From assembly GCF_039654945.1 (NCBI RefSeq), contig NW_027361700.1, positions 24,924,001-24,988,000 of the forward strand: a DNA stretch of 64,000 bases, given 5' to 3'. Under the pieces are notes generated by a model, which was not told the origin of the DNA, did no database searches, and saw nothing but the letters and a program-made list of their open reading frames with translations. This document shows positions 61,668 to 64,000 of this stretch, piece after piece. The DNA comes from Dendrobates tinctorius. Taxonomy: Eukaryota. The first letter of the stretch is position 1. Every line of letters starts with the position of its first letter. The translations under genes were made by a program, and so were the position numbers.

Positions 61668-62841
61668 CAGGGTGGGTCATTTATATGGATACACCTAAAT
61701 AAAATGGGAATGGTTGGTGATATCAACTTCCTGCTTGTGGCACATTAGTATATGGGAGGGGGGAAAGTTTTCAAGATGGGTGGTGACCATGGTGGCCATT
61801 TTGAAGTCAGCCATTTTGGATCCAACTTTATTTTTTTCAATGGGAAGTGGGTCATGTGACACAAACTTATTGAGAATTTCACAAGAAAAACAACGGTCTG
61901 CTTGGTTTTAACGTAACTTATAAAATGTGTTCAAAGTGCTGCCCAATGTGTTGGATTGCCAATGCAACGCTCTTCTCCTACTCTTGACACACTGGTAGCC
62001 ACACCGCAGAAGAAATGCAAGCACAGGCTTCCAGTATCCGTTGTTTCAGATGCTGCACATCTCATATCATCACAGCATAGATTATTGCCTTCAGATGACC
62101 CCAAAGATAGAAGTCTAAGGGGGTCAGATCGGGAGACATTGGTGGCCATTCAACTGGCCCACAATGACCAAGCCACTTTCCAGGAAACTAGTCATGTAGG
62201 AATGCTTGGACCTGACACCCATAATTGATGGTATTGTGTGGTATATGGGTACAAAGATAGTGGGGCCATTCTTCATCAATGGAAACCTCAATGCCACTGG
62301 ATATCTGAAATTGCTACACGATGATGTGTTGCCCTCTTTATGCACTGGAGATGGCACGTTCCCTGAGTTTTTCCAGCAAGATGGTGTACTAGCACATTAT
62401 GGGTGTCAGTTCCGAGCATTCCTACAAGGAATCTGACCCCCTTAGGCTAGCATTTCTTCTGCGGTGTTGCTATTAGTGTGTCAAGAGTGGGAGAAGGGTG
62501 GCATTGACAACCAACTCAATGGTCAGCACTTTGTACACACTTTAAAAGCGGTCATAAACTTGGAAATAGCTTATGAAAGAATAAAGTTACGTTACAACCA
62601 AGCACACCATTGTTTTTTTTTTTGTGAAATTCTCAATAAGTTTGATGTGTCACATGACCCTCTTCCCATTAGAAAAAATAAAGTTGGAACTAAAATGGCC
62701 GACTTAAAAATGGTCGCCATGGTCACCACCCATCTTGAAAAGTTTCACCCCTCTCATATACTAATGTGCCACAAGCAGGAAGTTGATATCACCAACAATT
62801 CCCATTTTATTTAGGTGTATCCATATAAATGACCCACCCTG
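61668..62841. mobile_element. Tc1/mariner-superfamily non-autonomous element with long inverted arms
   Basis: TA|CAGGGTGGGTCATTTATATGGATACACC at both ends; ~250-bp or longer arms; internal transposase remnant IVGPFFINGNLN...FFQQDG. Confidence 0.88.
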
Positions 62842-64000
62842 TACATTTCACCTAAAGGGTAGAGATTACTTCATGATCAAGGGCACAGAATGATGTGCAG
62901 AAATCGAGCTATTAACTTGTGCCTCGCTTGGGCAAGTCATGGGCAACACCGGAATAATGCAAAATATATGTCCTGCAATAAGATATATCAGCTGGAGACT
63001 TTTTAAAAAAACTAGTATATAGTTAAGTCCAGAGAAAAGCATATAACTTTGACATTGTATCCAGCTTTAAAGCTTTAGAAATTGTCGTTTTCCACACCCC
63101 TTTAATTTCATATTCAATGCTGTCTGTCGCACAAATTGGCACTTACTGCGCCACGCTGTATTTGTGAGTTATGAGGAGTCCTAAAAACCGAATAGCTTCC
63201 TCCTGCAGATGTAAGAAGCTTTTCTTTCTTAGTTAAAAAAACTGTAAAGATGTAAATGCCAAGTTTTATGGATAACCTATTTATCTGTGCGCAAATTTCT
63301 CATAGAGTACAAGGTTACATTTTGGTATAACCTGAGTATTAAGCGCCACCCTGTGGTCATTTGAAGTGTTAGCATAATATTTTTCTCTCTGAAAGTGGAT
63401 CTGTCACCAGATTTCACAATGCAAACTGCCGATATTATTTAACAAATCTCTTAAACCAGATGAAACAAAATGAAAAGAGTATGTTCTTTGAAAATCCATG
63501 TCCCAATGGCTGTGCAATCGTTTGTGAAATTTTTCGTACCAAATATTAAAATGACCATTTTAGGAGTCCAACTGCAGCTGGACTCTTAAAATTCTCATCT
63601 TAAAAGGGTTCTTCAAGAATGTAATAAAATTTAAATGGTAGCCTGTTCCAGTCACATTTCAGGCAGCACAGACTGCAGTCTAAAGAAGCAGAGCCCTAGA
63701 CCTTTGTCTCAACCGACAGAAGCTGTATATTAACTCATATCCCGACCCTGATGGAGAAATGTGTGACAGGAAAATAAATCTTCTCTTTGCTGACTGGGCA
63801 CAGAAGACTGAGGTTGGAGAAATAAGCCTTTGTGCTCATTTAACCATAGAAAAGATTTATTTCCTTTCCTATTACAGCCAATCTCCAGCAGCTCTCGGGA
63901 ACTATGTTTCTTAGACCTGCAGCCTATCTTGACAAGTGACTAGGACAGGCTGCTGTTTGAATTATGTGATGGGGGCAATATTATTACATTTATGGAAAAC

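Noticed and set aside
61287-64000. Next rara exon (DRQDLEQP...)
   Set aside because: Not found by eye; presumably downstream of the window

Overview
Vertebrate genomic DNA. The repeat landscape (L2 LINEs, TTAA/Kolobok-type and TWA/Harbinger-type MITEs, Tc1s, Penelope fold-backs) suggests an anuran frog; this is an inference. The window holds most of the retinoic acid receptor alpha gene (rara) on the + strand. Present are the RARalpha2 promoter region (perfect CRE plus a DR5 RARE cluster near 10.0-10.1 kb), the alpha2-specific first coding exon (11535-11703) and five common exons (42514-42662, 53959-54100, 56972-57132, 58804-58980, 61082-61286). All junctions are GT-AG and frame-compatible. 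The last LBD exons lie beyond the window. The rest is intron or upstream DNA dense in transposons, often nested. The most notable non-gene signals are: (i) two unrelated fold-back insertions carrying minimal type I hammerhead ribozyme motifs, one an approximately 1.2 kb palindrome folded through the ribozyme core and flanked by a 15-bp TSD; (ii) two L2 families whose ORF2 starts with a hydrophobic leader ending in a non-canonical 2A/StopGo-like motif (GDI[S/A]PNPGP), both with a 5' region built from approximately 440-bp units; (iii) nested insertions (L2 in L2; L2 in Tc1 in Tc1); (iv) an overlapping uORF and unusual LBD substitutions in rara. All calls were made by eye; no database searches were run.
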